A DNA stretch of 63,384 nt, filler included, from Craspedostauros australis (lineage: Eukaryota): assembly GCA_030167865.1 (NCBI GenBank). It is 4 parts of 4 records of this genome, joined end to end, with 100 filler letters (N's around TTAATTAATTAA, not from the genome) between each part and the next. Parts side by side here need not be neighbours in the genome. Positions count along the whole stretch, not along the records: positions 1 to 31,974 come from JALAGF010005614.1; 3 more parts are not named here. The stretch is one strand, 5' to 3'. Positions 10,509-22,400 of this stretch are shown in pieces. A program made the translations under genes and the position numbers. Position 1 is the first letter of the stretch. Each line of letters opens with the position of its first letter. The notes beneath the pieces are model-generated. The model was not told the origin of the DNA, made no database searches, and was given only the letters and a program-made list of their open reading frames with translations.

Positions 10509-11594
10509 ATGATGATGATGACGATGAGACGCAACCATTCAAGCTGGCGCATGGTGCTGGCGAGCATGCTCTGCTGCGCACTGCTGGCAACCACCGCACA
10601 CGCGAAGAAGTCGTACAAGGGCGAGCGGGTGATCACCGTGGAAGAAGTGTCCTTGGGCGTTGACCCCAGCGACAACTTCCAGGGGGAGTCCACCATCGAC
10701 ATCTACAACTACGTGGAGCTCAACGGCGGATCGCGCGGCCTCAAGGCCAAGACGCACAAGGCCAAGTCCCACAAGAGCGAGGAGATGGACGGCGACAAGC
10801 CGCTCGTGGTGTTTGCGTGCGGAGGCAACGTGCCCAAGTCGGCCTACCGCACCTTCGCGGAGGGTCTGGCGAAGAAGGACCTGGTGGTCGCCATCATCGA
10901 GCACAACGTCGCCTTCGGTGGGAACGTTGGCAACTACGCCATCCCCACCGACATCGTCAACGCCGTCGCTTACATGGAGGAGAACAGCGACCTCTACGGC
11001 GTTGACACCGACCAGGTCGTGCTTCTGGGGCACAGCTTCGGAACGGCCATCGTTCTCAACCTCATCAACAACAATTGCCCCTTCCCCTTCTGTCAGGACC
11101 CTGCCTCTCCCTTCCCCGCCGGTGTCACCATCGAGCGCCCAGCTGGCGTGGTGCTCGCCGGCGGCTTCGGATCCAGCTTCAGCGACATCCAGACCGGCGA
11201 CTTCATCACCTACAACAACGTCGACATCCCCTACATCATCATCAACGGCAACGGCGACAAGCTCTTCCTCGAACCCGCATCGGGTGAGGATCAGCTCGAG
11301 GGCAGCTTCGAGCGCATGGCCCCACCCAAGGCCGTGGCGGCCATCGACAACATCGACCACTTCTCCATTTCGGAAGTCAACACGGAGCCCACCAGATCGG
11401 ACATCCCCTCCACCTTGGACCTCGACGAACAGATCCGCATCGTCACCCGATCGCTCTACGTCTGGATCCGCGCCAATCTCAGGGCCATCAACAAGGAAAG
11501 GGCCTTGCAGGACTTTTGCTTCAAGCTCAAGCTCGATGGAATGAACAAGGGTTACGACATCGTCAAGTGCTTGGAGGAGTATCCATCGTCCTAG
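10509..11594 (+). CDS. Secreted alpha/beta hydrolase (chlorophyllase/cutinase-like)
   Basis: Signal peptide MVLASMLCCALLATTAHA. Motifs PLVVFACG, VLLGHSFG (Ser), IINGNGD (Asp), IDHFSI (His). Strong C/G-ending codon bias. Confidence 0.85.
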   Translation: MMMMTMRRNHSSWRMVLASMLCCALLATTAHAKKSYKGERVITVEEVSLGVDPSDNFQGESTIDIYNYVELNGGSRGLKAKTHKAKSHKSEEMDGDKPLVVFACGGNVPKSAYRTFAEGLAKKDLVVAIIEHNVAFGGNVGNYAIPTDIVNAVAYMEENSDLYGVDTDQVVLLGHSFGTAIVLNLINNNCPFPFCQDPASPFPAGVTIERPAGVVLAGGFGSSFSDIQTGDFITYNNVDIPYIIINGNGDKLFLEPASGEDQLEGSFERMAPPKAVAAIDNIDHFSISEVNTEPTRSDIPSTLDLDEQIRIVTRSLYVWIRANLRAINKERALQDFCFKLKLDGMNKGYDIVKCLEEYPSS

Positions 11595-11614
11595 ACAAGC
11601 AACTAGAAACAAAC

Positions 11615-11638
11615 AGAGAGAGAGAGAGAGAGAGAGAG
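11615..11638. repeat. (AG)12 microsatellite in the 3' flank
   Basis: Read directly. Confidence 0.95.
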
Positions 11639-12381
11639 AACCACATCGTCCTGTCTGCAAGGAGAGCACTCTTGGAGTGCCCTAGATGGGTTCAGTGCAG
11701 CAGTTTAATGCGCCAACGTACCATCAAGCTACGCTACCAACAAACAAATAGTGACAGAAAGTGCGAGGGACAGAGCACAAAAGGAATCGAACATCATTGG
11801 AGTGCGACACAACACGCTAAGGGCCCAATTGTCTTCGATGTTCATAAACTGAAACATATTATATAATGCAATGATAACGAATCTTCCACGAGTAATACCA
11901 AGCAGAAGTAGCGACTCAACCTTCCCTATTGAGCTTCATGTATGACGGTGGAACCCACATTGTACTCGAAGGTGCTCAACGCGCACTGATGTTCAACTCA
12001 CATGTAATAGGAGGATCCATGAACTCACTTCGACGAGGCCACCGTCGACCACAGCATGCGGACTGCTCGTAATGGTGAGGAGCAACAACACTTGGGGGGG
12101 GGGGGGGTTGAATTTCGCATCTTTTTCTTATTTTTATGGTGTTTTTTATTGATCAACTGGGATACGGGGACGGACACACGGTAACAACCGCCCGCAATGG
12201 GGGAGTGAACCCCATCTCTCTAGAGGCCGCGATGGTTGTGCTCGAGTACAAACGTAATGTGGATGATGATAGCAGTATTGCTGCTGATGTCGCTGCTGTT
12301 GCTGTCGCCGTCCTGCCTTTGCGCGGTGTTCCACAATCGACACCGCGTATGGGTAGGTGGAGGGCGAGATGGTCGAAGTGA

Positions 12382-13605
12382 TTAGACACGTCGCTGGTCG
12401 GTCTTCTTGAAGACCTGCTCTCCGTCCTGGAGGATGCGGCCGCGTCTGGATCCTCCCTTGCCCTTTCCGCTGGACTTGCTGCTGCGGCTTGGGCTGCTGG
12501 GGCTAGATGGGCTGGAAGGAGTTGATGGTCCAGACGGGCTCGAAGGACTCGATGGGCTAGATGGACTGCTGGGACCGGAGGGCGAGCTCTTGGCACTCTT
12601 GGATGGGCTAGATGGACTGCTTGGAGAGCTCGGGGTACCGTCAGTTGGGCTCGTAGGATCAGTGGGGTTTGTTGGGCTGGTTGGATCGGTGGGGTTCGTT
12701 GGAGAGGTTGGATCCGTAGGATTGGTTGGAGAGGTTGGATCAGTGGGGTTTGTTGGAGAGGTCGGATCCGTAGGATTGGTTGGAGAGGTTGGATCGGTGG
12801 GGTTGGTTGGAGAAGTTGGATCCGTGGGGTTTGTTGGAGAAGTCGGATCCGTAGGGTTGGTTGGAGAAGTTGGGTCAGTAGGACTTGTTGGGCTCGTTGG
12901 AGTGGGGCCACCGGGGCTGACTGGGGCACCGGTTCCTGGCACAGTTGGTGCGACTGGAGTACGTGGGCGAGGTGTTGGGCCGAATCCTTCGGTTGGTGCG
13001 CCTGTTGGCATCGACGGTCTGGCACTTCCTGACGGCTGGGCGCTCACAGTTGGGTTTCCAGTTGGTCGGAACGAGACAGATGGCGCGTTGGATCCTGGTC
13101 CAGAAGGCGTAGTCGGGTCAGTTGGCGTGGTTGGCGTGGTGGGGGTAGTCGGGGTGGTTGGCGTGGTCGGGTCAGTTGGAGTGGTTGGTACGGTGGGAAC
13201 AGTTGGTGTACCTGGGGTGACCGATGGTGCAGCAGTGTCGACATCATCGCTAGAAGGACTGCTGGGGGTGCTCGGGCTGCTGGGGCTGCTCTTGGAGCTC
13301 TTGCTTCCCTTGCCCTTTCCGCTGCGGCTCGGGCTCGATGGGCCAGATGGGCTCGACGGACCCGATGGGCTGGTTGGACCAGATGGGGAGCTCTTGCTGC
13401 TCTTGAATCCACCCTTGCCCTTTCCTTGCAGCAGACGCATGGTGGCATCCGCGGCAGAGTCCTGCTTTCCGTTGAAGGTGCTTCCGTCAGCCTCGACGAC
13501 GTATTCGCGTGCCTTCTCGGCGTCAGATGCGGAGACACCGGCCGCTACAAGCAGAGTGATGGCAGAGAGTGCCAGCAGCACTCGCGAGATATTCAAAGAA
13601 ACCAT
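12382..13605 (-). CDS. Secreted silaffin-like / cell-wall Lys-Ser-Pro-Thr-rich protein
   Basis: Signal peptide, acidic pro-segment ending RLLQ, GKGKGG and KSSK/KSAK motifs, (PSS/PSG)n, PTT and PTSPTNPTD repeats, and a second RILQ near the C-terminus. Confidence 0.85.
   Translation of the reverse strand: MVSLNISRVLLALSAITLLVAAGVSASDAEKAREYVVEADGSTFNGKQDSAADATMRLLQGKGKGGFKSSKSSPSGPTSPSGPSSPSGPSSPSRSGKGKGSKSSKSSPSSPSTPSSPSSDDVDTAAPSVTPGTPTVPTVPTTPTDPTTPTTPTTPTTPTTPTDPTTPSGPGSNAPSVSFRPTGNPTVSAQPSGSARPSMPTGAPTEGFGPTPRPRTPVAPTVPGTGAPVSPGGPTPTSPTSPTDPTSPTNPTDPTSPTNPTDPTSPTNPTDPTSPTNPTDPTSPTNPTDPTSPTNPTDPTSPTNPTDPTSPTNPTDPTSPTDGTPSSPSSPSSPSKSAKSSPSGPSSPSSPSSPSSPSGPSTPSSPSSPSSPSRSSKSSGKGKGGSRRGRILQDGEQVFKKTDQRRV
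12641..12900 (-). repeat. 27-bp coding tandem repeat (PTSPTNPTD x8 plus flanking variants)
   Basis: The amino-acid unit is invariant while third positions (and the Ser codon family) vary between copies. Confidence 0.9.
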
Positions 13606-15527
13606 GGTGATAGACAGGTGATGGCAACACTCGGTGCTTGGGATGAGATGTGCTTGTTTTGTGGGGTTGTGATTGCGATGGCGACTGTGGCTTCGGTTTG
13701 TAGGTTGTCGTTGTCAACTCTGTGCGAACAGAGGGCGTTGCGATGTGCTGCTGTGTGTTGCTGTGTGTTGCTGTGTATTACGTTGGAGGAACTCGGCCTT
13801 CGGTGAGTGAATTTTGTGTGGACTTCACGTCGTCCTTGCGGAAACCTCCAGTGCATTGATGAGAATTGTCACAGCAAAGCGATGGATACTGCTGTTGCTC
13901 CAACCGTGGTCACAACCTCGAGCAACTTGGATAGAGGAGGGAGAGCACCATGAGGCGACAAACCGGATTGACCGTTGCGTCCATCAGAATGCGGTGAGAA
14001 AGTCACGGCCAAGTGTGCATGCAACTTGGTGATGCCAATGATCATATTCAGACGCTAGGATCGCTCATACCTTGCATCCGCACGCCTGATCAGCTATCAT
14101 CGCCACTGACCAGGGACACCGTCAGTTGGATCGACGAAAATTTGCATTTTGTTGGCGCGCACCGAGATATTGTGGTGCGCGACATGACCGTTGCGTGCAC
14201 CTCGGCTGGGTTTCCTCGCAGTCGTCTTTCGCTGGTTCTTCTCCGTTGTTTCGTGTGGAATTGTTGGCGAATTCGGCTCCCTTCAATGACATCCGATAAT
14301 TGACTAGTCCGACCGAACGTCGCCATTTCTCCTCCGTGACTGTTGTTGTGGCGATCGCGTCCAGTCGTGATTGCCCAGGACAGGTGGAATCCTCATTCTC
14401 CCCACGCTCGTCACATTTTGGCCGCATCCGCCGCAATGATCCGACATCGAAGGTGTCAACACCGTTTTCGTTCTCGGTTTGCGCGTTCCTCCATCACAGT
14501 GCGGCTCTTCTTTGATATAGATCCGTGCCCTATGTCCCATGGGCCATACTATACACAATATCGTCCGGACTTCACCTCTCTTCTCTCACCGCCTCCGTCG
14601 GCGCTGATGCAGCATGTGCCTCGTTTCACGTTCAGCGCAAGCCTGATTCAGGTTTCGTCAACGACATGATCGTGGGACCGGCCGAGTGATGGCTCGAAGA
14701 GATGCGCAAGGGCGCGGCCATCCGCTTCTGCTCCTTGTGTCGTCGTAGGCTTGTTCCGTCCATGTTGTCAGCTTATGCACATGTGGAAAAACACTGCACA
14801 TTGCAGATTGGATGCGCATCCGCCGCTTGTGAATGGGGTGTGATCGTCATCACACAGCGGTGGTTGTTTTGCACAGAACACGCTCCGCACAGCTCCTTGA
14901 ACATGCGCAAAGTGTGTCCAACCGCATCCCTCCACATGCAACTTACAAGCAATAAGCGCATCATGCCGCTGCAAAAGCCAACCAACAATCACGGACCTTT
15001 GTAAATGTGACGGTTCCAAAGAGTATGATAGGATACTTCGCGTGCACTAATGGCAGTAGCAAACAAGGAAAGACACAGCCTGTGCGCATACGTGGCTGAA
15101 AGTGATGGAGGGGCACGTATAGTACTCGTACTGTGGTGACTTCTTGCGTTGGTGGGAGATCACCAAGAAGCGAAGCAGTGTGCCCGACAGTCGACTCCTT
15201 CGATTCAAACTACACAAATCGATAAAGAGCGCATCTCTCATTTTGGAACGAAGCGTTGCAACATTCAAGCTCACATACTATGTAGAATATCAGTAGGGCA
15301 TGGTATTTTCCATGATGATAATACGAGGACGACACTGCTCTACTCTACGTTATGCTGTGCTATACAATGGCTGCATTGACACCGACATTGCAAGGAACGC
15401 GACACTATTCGTCGCCATTGGAGACAGCAGAAACAGTGTCGGCACTCCACTCCATTTCATTCCACGTCGCTCGAGCAGCATAGACACAATCACAGTGTCC
15501 GCTTTACACTTTGTACTATGCACCACT

Positions 15528-17810
15528 TCACCCAATCAAACTGACGCAACTGCTTTCTGATGAGTTGCTCCCCAACCGGCCCCTCCTTTCATTCTCGGCG
15601 GCCCCATCCGCCATCGTCCGTCGCAGAGGCGCGTGGAAACCGGAAAAGAACAAAATCGTTCCCAGGGCCAGCGCGACGAGGAGGATGGCATCCCCATGAA
15701 TATCGGATCCGAGGAGCTCGGATCTTGGGAAGAGCTGAATGTCCGATTTGGACAGCCGCTCGGCGAAGGGCACGAGCACGGCGCTCATGAGGTTGCCGCC
15801 GATCTGCTGCACGCTCTCCACCGCGGTTTCGTCGCCGGGGAACGTGACGTCCACGGCGAGCTCCGCGTTGATGGGCTGGATGGGACCGGCGAAGAATCCC
15901 AGAAAGAGGAGGCTGAGGATGAGCACCACGGGCTCCTGCCCCCACTTGTGATGGGTCCATCCCAGCGGTATGCAGCAGAGGACGGTGATGGCCAAGCACC
16001 AGAGAGTGACGCGCTTGTATGCCTTGGTGCGGTCGACGTATCCACCCAGGAGGATGCCGCCGAGGACGATGGCGATCTCAAACGCGGCACCGGCTGTAGC
16101 GACGTGCGATCTCTTGGTGACGCCGCCGCGCTTCATGATGTCATCGATGAAGGCCCCGACGATGTTGGTGATGGCGATGCTGCAGACGAAGGCCGCGAGG
16201 GGACGCACGAATCCTGGCGTCTTGCAGAAGAACTGGTGCACGGACTTGACGAAGGGAGGTTCCGAGTGCGCGCGCACGCGTTTTTCCCATTCCGATTGGG
16301 AAGGCGGGATGGATGGCAGGTTCTGGAACTGGCAGAGCGTTCCGACGGTGACGATGACGCAGCAGACCGTGATCAAAGTGAAGTATCGCTGTATGCCCAC
16401 GACCGAAGTGGCCATGGGCCCGCCGACGAGGAAGGCGACCGCGATCCCGATCTGGTTGAAGTTGAGGGCGATCGCCGTGGACGTGGCGCGTTCGTTTGGT
16501 GCGAACCACTGCGCCGAGAGGAGCGGCGGCGTGCACTGGAAGAATGGCTGCGCCGCTCCCACCAGGACCGTTCCGAAGATGAGCCAGTGCGGCGAGACGA
16601 GCTGGACGGACTGGTCAGCATCGAGATCATGGAATTCTGACTGGGGTTGGTCCTCCTCCACCGGCTGATTCGCATAGCCGCTGCGCAACGACATGGTCCT
16701 CTGCCACTGGGACGACTGGAGCAACCGTCCCGAATCCGACGATTGCGCAAAGAGGTCGCGGATAGTTGTGACGGTCACCACGACGCCGCCGCTTCTGCAG
16801 AAGCAACCGATCATCATGACGATGCTGGCCATCTGCACGCACCTCTGAAGGCCGAACCTGGCGACGACGTCGGTGACCATGAAGCACGAGGCCACGTTGG
16901 TGAAGAGGAAGATGTCGATGAGCCGTGCTGAGGATATGGTGGACGATGCGGTGGTGGATGCAGCATCGACGTCATCGGCGGGCGCTACAAGGTAAGCATT
17001 CTCCAATGCCTCTGGGTTGGCCGCCGTGGAGAAGCATATCCAGTCAGACAGCAGGGCGAGGAGGGAGAGGTACAGGAGCTGCACCCATCGATGGAAGACG
17101 GGTTGCGGCTTCGTGTGTCGCAGCCTGTACTCGTCCAGATGATCCCTGCTGCCATGCTCCACGAGGGGACGGCCGAACTCGAAGTCATCTGTGTCCACCT
17201 CGAGCGGGTAGATGACGCCCGTCGCCATCTGATTCATGGTGTCGGAGAGGAGGAGGATGTCCTGCTCATCATCATGGCCATCGACGTCGCCATCGTCATA
17301 TGCGTAGTCGCCATCCATTCTCTGTCCCTTATCATAGTGATAGGCATTGGTCTTATCGTATTGGTTGTTGTATTGGTTGTCATATTGATTGTCATATTGA
17401 TTGTCATATTGGTCGTTGTGTTCAGCGTCAAGAGATGAGTCTTTGTAGTTGGAGAAGCTGGAGGATGGCTGAGTCCGCGTTGAATCCTTATTAGTAGATC
17501 CTGGTTTGGGTCTGATAACGGTTGCATCTACATCTGCATCTGTAGGTGCATCTACATCTGTATCTGCATCACTATCAGCATCTGCACCAGCATCTGCACC
17601 ACTCGCTGTACTCGTAGTAGTAGTTTCATCAGAACCATGGACGTTGGTGCTGCTGCCACCAATCACACGAACTGAGCCTCCACGATTGGTGGATCGCAGC
17701 TTGGCAACTCGTTTCGTGTGGCTGTTGACATTGATGACCTCCTCATTGTCATTGTCCGAATCAAATGATCCCGTTGCCGTGGGTCGGTATCGCGCGCTGA
17801 ATGCCGGCAT
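15528..17810 (-). CDS. MFS transporter, FLVCR/SLC49-like
   Basis: About 12 hydrophobic segments after a long acidic disordered N-terminus. Motifs DWICFS, GAAQPF, SAQWFAPNERATSTAIALNFNQIGIAVAF, GGYVDRTKAYK, ELAVDVTFP. Confidence 0.88.
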   Translation of the reverse strand: MPAFSARYRPTATGSFDSDNDNEEVINVNSHTKRVAKLRSTNRGGSVRVIGGSSTNVHGSDETTTTSTASGADAGADADSDADTDVDAPTDADVDATVIRPKPGSTNKDSTRTQPSSSFSNYKDSSLDAEHNDQYDNQYDNQYDNQYNNQYDKTNAYHYDKGQRMDGDYAYDDGDVDGHDDEQDILLLSDTMNQMATGVIYPLEVDTDDFEFGRPLVEHGSRDHLDEYRLRHTKPQPVFHRWVQLLYLSLLALLSDWICFSTAANPEALENAYLVAPADDVDAASTTASSTISSARLIDIFLFTNVASCFMVTDVVARFGLQRCVQMASIVMMIGCFCRSGGVVVTVTTIRDLFAQSSDSGRLLQSSQWQRTMSLRSGYANQPVEEDQPQSEFHDLDADQSVQLVSPHWLIFGTVLVGAAQPFFQCTPPLLSAQWFAPNERATSTAIALNFNQIGIAVAFLVGGPMATSVVGIQRYFTLITVCCVIVTVGTLCQFQNLPSIPPSQSEWEKRVRAHSEPPFVKSVHQFFCKTPGFVRPLAAFVCSIAITNIVGAFIDDIMKRGGVTKRSHVATAGAAFEIAIVLGGILLGGYVDRTKAYKRVTLWCLAITVLCCIPLGWTHHKWGQEPVVLILSLLFLGFFAGPIQPINAELAVDVTFPGDETAVESVQQIGGNLMSAVLVPFAERLSKSDIQLFPRSELLGSDIHGDAILLVALALGTILFFSGFHAPLRRTMADGAAENERRGRLGSNSSESSCVSLIG

Positions 17811-19421
17811 TGATGCTGTGCTTGTCTCTCTCTCCTTATTTCTCTCTCTATTTCTCTATTTCCAGAATTCTTGTTCGTCCCTTCTTGGTTGTTTGCTCTT
17901 TCTTGCTCTTTCTTACACCTTCTTTCACTTTCTTGCTCGTCTGGACTTGCTCCAAAACGCTTCGCTGATTGCCAACGATCCTGCGTGCCTCTTGATGCTC
18001 TCTCTTCCTGTCTGTTTGTGCTATCAGAAGCACAGAGTGGTATGATAGCTGTATCCACCAGCCTTCTTGCGAATGGCTTTGAATGGCTGTGAATGGCTTT
18101 GAATGGCTGTGGATGGTCGTCGATGGCTATCAGTACACGAGTGGGAGACAATGATCATCAATGATCGTCAATGGGAATCAATGGAGGAGGTCAACGATGG
18201 CTACGATGGTTGTGGACAGCTGAGAGATACGCGATCATCTTGCCCTGATCGAGCTGTCGTCCACGGTGCCACCAAAAGCAATGCTGCCTCCCACCAAGTC
18301 CGAAGAGGATTTGTTCTTTCGCAAGACTCAAAATAGTCCTGCGAGGTTCCATCTTTCGCACGCCAGACCTCGAACCGTGCGGCCAAAAAAGGCGCTGCGT
18401 ATCCCGAACACGATCTGACACGCTGCGCGAATCTTCATTCACGATCATACATGACTGTCTAGAACCCACAGCACAGAAACATGCTGGAGAGTTGCATTCA
18501 TGCGGTGGCTGGTTACTCTTGTATCATGGACGTCCCGACTACCGGTAGTAGCACGAGACTTGTGCGCGTACTCCATGTAGTGTTAACTCTGATTTACTGA
18601 CTTATATACGAGGAGGCTGACACATGTTCCACGGGTGTTGACTCTGCTTCAGACTTGGTCTGACTCGCATTCCATCCAAGCTTCAAAAACCAAACGGCGT
18701 ATTGCACGCTGGTGATAGCGATCATCTCTCCATGTTGCTGCATGTTGTGGGAGCTGCGAAAAGGGTTGCTTGGGGAACCAATCTCTCCAGCACCGGGACT
18801 TCAACGTCTGAAAAGGAAAGGCAGCGTGACGCGACGGCGTACAGTATGATAGTGCGTATCAGAGACTCTCGCCGCGTCTGCCTCATGCCTTCGTTGTTTT
18901 CAGTTGATTGTTGTTGGACATTTAGTCTCGTGCTCTTCTTTCTTTGCAGCTCCTTCAATGAAACATGGGATGAGCCTGGCAGCCCGCCGGAACGGGGCTA
19001 TAGCGTGATGACTTCAGCGTGTGTCTGCTTGTTCTTGGTGCATTTGATGGCGATGGATGGGGCAGGGCTGTCTGTGGATGTGTGTGTGTGCGTTGGGGTG
19101 AATGCGGATGGTCACAGCATCAGTATACGAGTACAATACTTTGGTAGAGTAATGGATAGTGAGTATGGAGATGAAAATGGTGCACGTCAGTGCGTAGCTG
19201 TACCTGTCGGTTGGACAGTGTCATTGCCACCTGCAGTCTTGCTGTGCTTTCTGTTGCGCCTTCTTGCCATGTAACTCGTGCATGCATGTGAGCATGATAC
19301 AGAGAGTGGTAGATGACAGGACACGGCGCCCGACACACCTCGATGTGCTCATGGGCGCGGATTAGGCAACAAAACAGAAAGCACAACAAGCAGAAGGCAA
19401 GGAGCAGCGATGGCGATTTGT

Positions 19422-22400
19422 TTACCATGCCGCATGGCTGGTTGGCAAGGCCTTGTCCAGGCCAGCACGGAAGGTGTCCATGGATCCCCGAAGCGCAACG
19501 CGTGCTGCTCGAATCCCGAGCGTCGTCGTTCTCGCGATGAAATGCGAAGCATTCTGAGTTGAAAGTCTTGGCTGCTCAGTGTGGAGACCTTGTCCATGGA
19601 GCGACTGCGATGTGTTGTGTGCCCAGGTCTTCTCTGCCACCTTTGGCGTGGCCGTTGTAGCTGACGCATGCGAAGGATTGTGGCCTGGCGTCTCGGTCTC
19701 CAACAATGGATCCACAGCGCTTGAAAGCATCCTCTGGATTTCCTCCAAGGAGTAACCAGATGTTGAGACTCGTGTGCTCGCGCCGCTCAATTTCTGCGCA
19801 TCGGCGATCGCTGCTGCCATATTCGTGTCAAGATGGCTCGTGGTGGACATCATGTCTTCGATGGACTGCTTGATGGCGGACACCTCGTAGGAGTGGTCGT
19901 AATCGATGTGCGATGTCGGCATGGCAGAAGGTCCGATTGTGTCATCGCCGGCTTCGTTGGCGCATATGACGTCGTTTGTTCGGAGCAGTCTTCTTCCTGA
20001 GCGATCTCCCGGGGTGCACGACCCCGAACCTGACTGCGCAGATTGCTTGGTGAACATGAAACCTGCGTGCGCAGCCTGCGGTGACCGATCTCTTGCGTCA
20101 TTTTGCAGTTTTGCCGTCGTCTCGGTTTGCTCAGTGCTTGAGAAGAAGAGGGCAAAGACAGAGGAAGACAAGGCCCATATTGATCCACCTGCTGTCGCGA
20201 GGATGGAGGCCTCGTCAGCTCCTACGCTGTCCTTGTTCCATCTGCTGGGGTTCGCCGAAGGAGCCGGAGAACCAGCGAGAAAGGCGGAGGCCATGCCGCT
20301 GACGGACCTCTTCTTGAGGTTGCTGCCATCGCTGCCATTTCCTGCGGCTGAACTCGAGGAAGACGATTGGCTTGACGATGTCGACGCACTGCCGAAGAGT
20401 CCGCCGTCAGAGCCCGACATGCGATAGACCTGAATCATGGCAACCACGGAGATGGCGACAACTCCCACGACCGCGACGTTCATCCATATTCGGTTCTTGC
20501 GTCGACGCAGACGTCGTTCTTCATCTTCTCCGGGACCTCCGTTTCCGGATGCCACGACCGCACGTGAGCTCGTGTACTTCTTCATGTAATCGTCGTCGAT
20601 GAGACGCGTCACGACCGTCGAGTTGCCATCGTCATATTCGCTGCGCGAATCGCCCACGAAGGTGCCGTACCCGCTGGTGGCGCTGTAGACACTGACGTTG
20701 TCGCTGTGCATCATGCTCTCGGCCTTGGCTTCCGCTTGCGCCTGTGCTCGTCGCTGGCGTCGTTTATCCTTGCGGGACATGGCCTTCTTGCCGAGCTTTG
20801 CTCTTGCGCGCTGCTTGAGGACCCAGTCGGCCTTGGCGGACGTTGCGATGGCCCATTTGGGGGCAGCATTGAGCATGGTCGTCGATGGCACCATGTCCAG
20901 CGATGGAGGCGGGAACATCATGGCATCAGCAGGATCATTCGACGGCGATGAGATGGAGTAGTACCTGTCTGCCAGCTTGGTGAGGCTGGAGGGTGGGTAC
21001 CGCTTCATGTAGACCAAGGCCAGGTCGATGAGGTGCTGGAACGGCACTCTCTCCGAGTTGGGGTCGGAGAAGCAGCCGATGGGTCCGATGGAACGCGACA
21101 TGTCGCCAAGGGTGTGGTCATCGTTTCCACAATCGAAGCTCTCGTCGGAGTTGCCGTTGTCTCCTGTTCCCACGGAACCCGCGCTGACACCGGAATAGGT
21201 GTTGCTGTCGGCCGTGGACGACGTCATGGAGAACTCGAGGTCCGTGCTTGCGGTTCTGCCGGTGGATGTGTCACCATCGAAGCTGCGGCTGTGACCGAAC
21301 CGTTCATTGTCCTGGTCTTCATCTTCGTTGTCGGAGACGTAGCCTTCGAAGCCATCCGGACCGAGGCGCATCTTCCAACCCACGGCGCTTGAGTTGCGCG
21401 GCAAGCTGGCGAGGACGTGGTGCAATGACGCGAAGTCGCAATCGGTGGAGAGGATCCATTGTCGGTTGAAGGGATGCAGCATCATGGCGATGGCAACGTA
21501 GAGCGGCAGCAGCGGATGCGAGACGACGAATGCATCGAAGAGGCGCTTGACGAGCTCCGTGTCACGGACGTCGTGAGAGAACCAGGTGAGGACCCAAGAG
21601 AGGCAGAAGAAGGGTTCCATCGAGCAATCGTAGAGATGGTCGTGCACCTCGGGATCCAGCCTCTGCAGGAGAGGGAAGAGGACGAGACGCAGGGCGTTCT
21701 GCAGATGTCCGAAGGAGCTGCGCATGGCATCGCGGAAATGCGAGAACGAAATCTGCTTGAGCACGCGGGCTGGCAAGTCTAGACCCTGTCGCGCTGCTGC
21801 GTCCTGCAGGGATGCCGACGGAGACATGTTGGGATCCCTGGTCTGGCTGTGTCTGGGCGAGGATGAGCTGGTTGCCTGACTGCCACCTCCCAAGGTTGAC
21901 AGGAAGACGCTGGCGACATCGTGATATCCCTGGAAGTAGCGGAGGACATCGTCATCGTCGTCGTTGTCTTGATCTTTGTTGCTGTCATCATCGTTGTCAT
22001 CATCGCTGTCACTTTGTGTTTCGTTAGCGGAGTCTTCGTAGGACTGGACGAGGGTGACATTGATGAGGTTGGCAAGACGCTTCTGCTTGCGCTTGAGGAC
22101 GTTGGCGACCTTCTTGCTGTTTGACTTGTTCCGATACTGGAAACGTCGGTAACGTTGCGTTCCCGAGAGGAGATGCCACGTGCATCTTGCAACATCTCGG
22201 TCGATCTGCTCCACATCAAGCGATTCGCAGAGGAGGTTGGGGGAGTGTGGCTTTGTCGTTCTGCTCGTGGAAGATAGTATTATAGTAGAGTGGAGTGGAG
22301 GCAACATTGAAAGGAGACGGTGGGGGGACAGAGTGAGTGAGTGTTGCGTTGTGTCATGTCTTTGTGTCGTGGCGTGTTCAACAACTCTGTGCCGTGCATT

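Noticed and set aside
10539..11669. Long antisense and alternate-frame ORFs over the hydrolase (likewise 12407-13621, 15633-16640, 26051-28345, 41136-42383)
   Set aside because: Shadow ORFs caused by high GC3 or repetitive coding on the opposite strand; they carry no motifs of their own.
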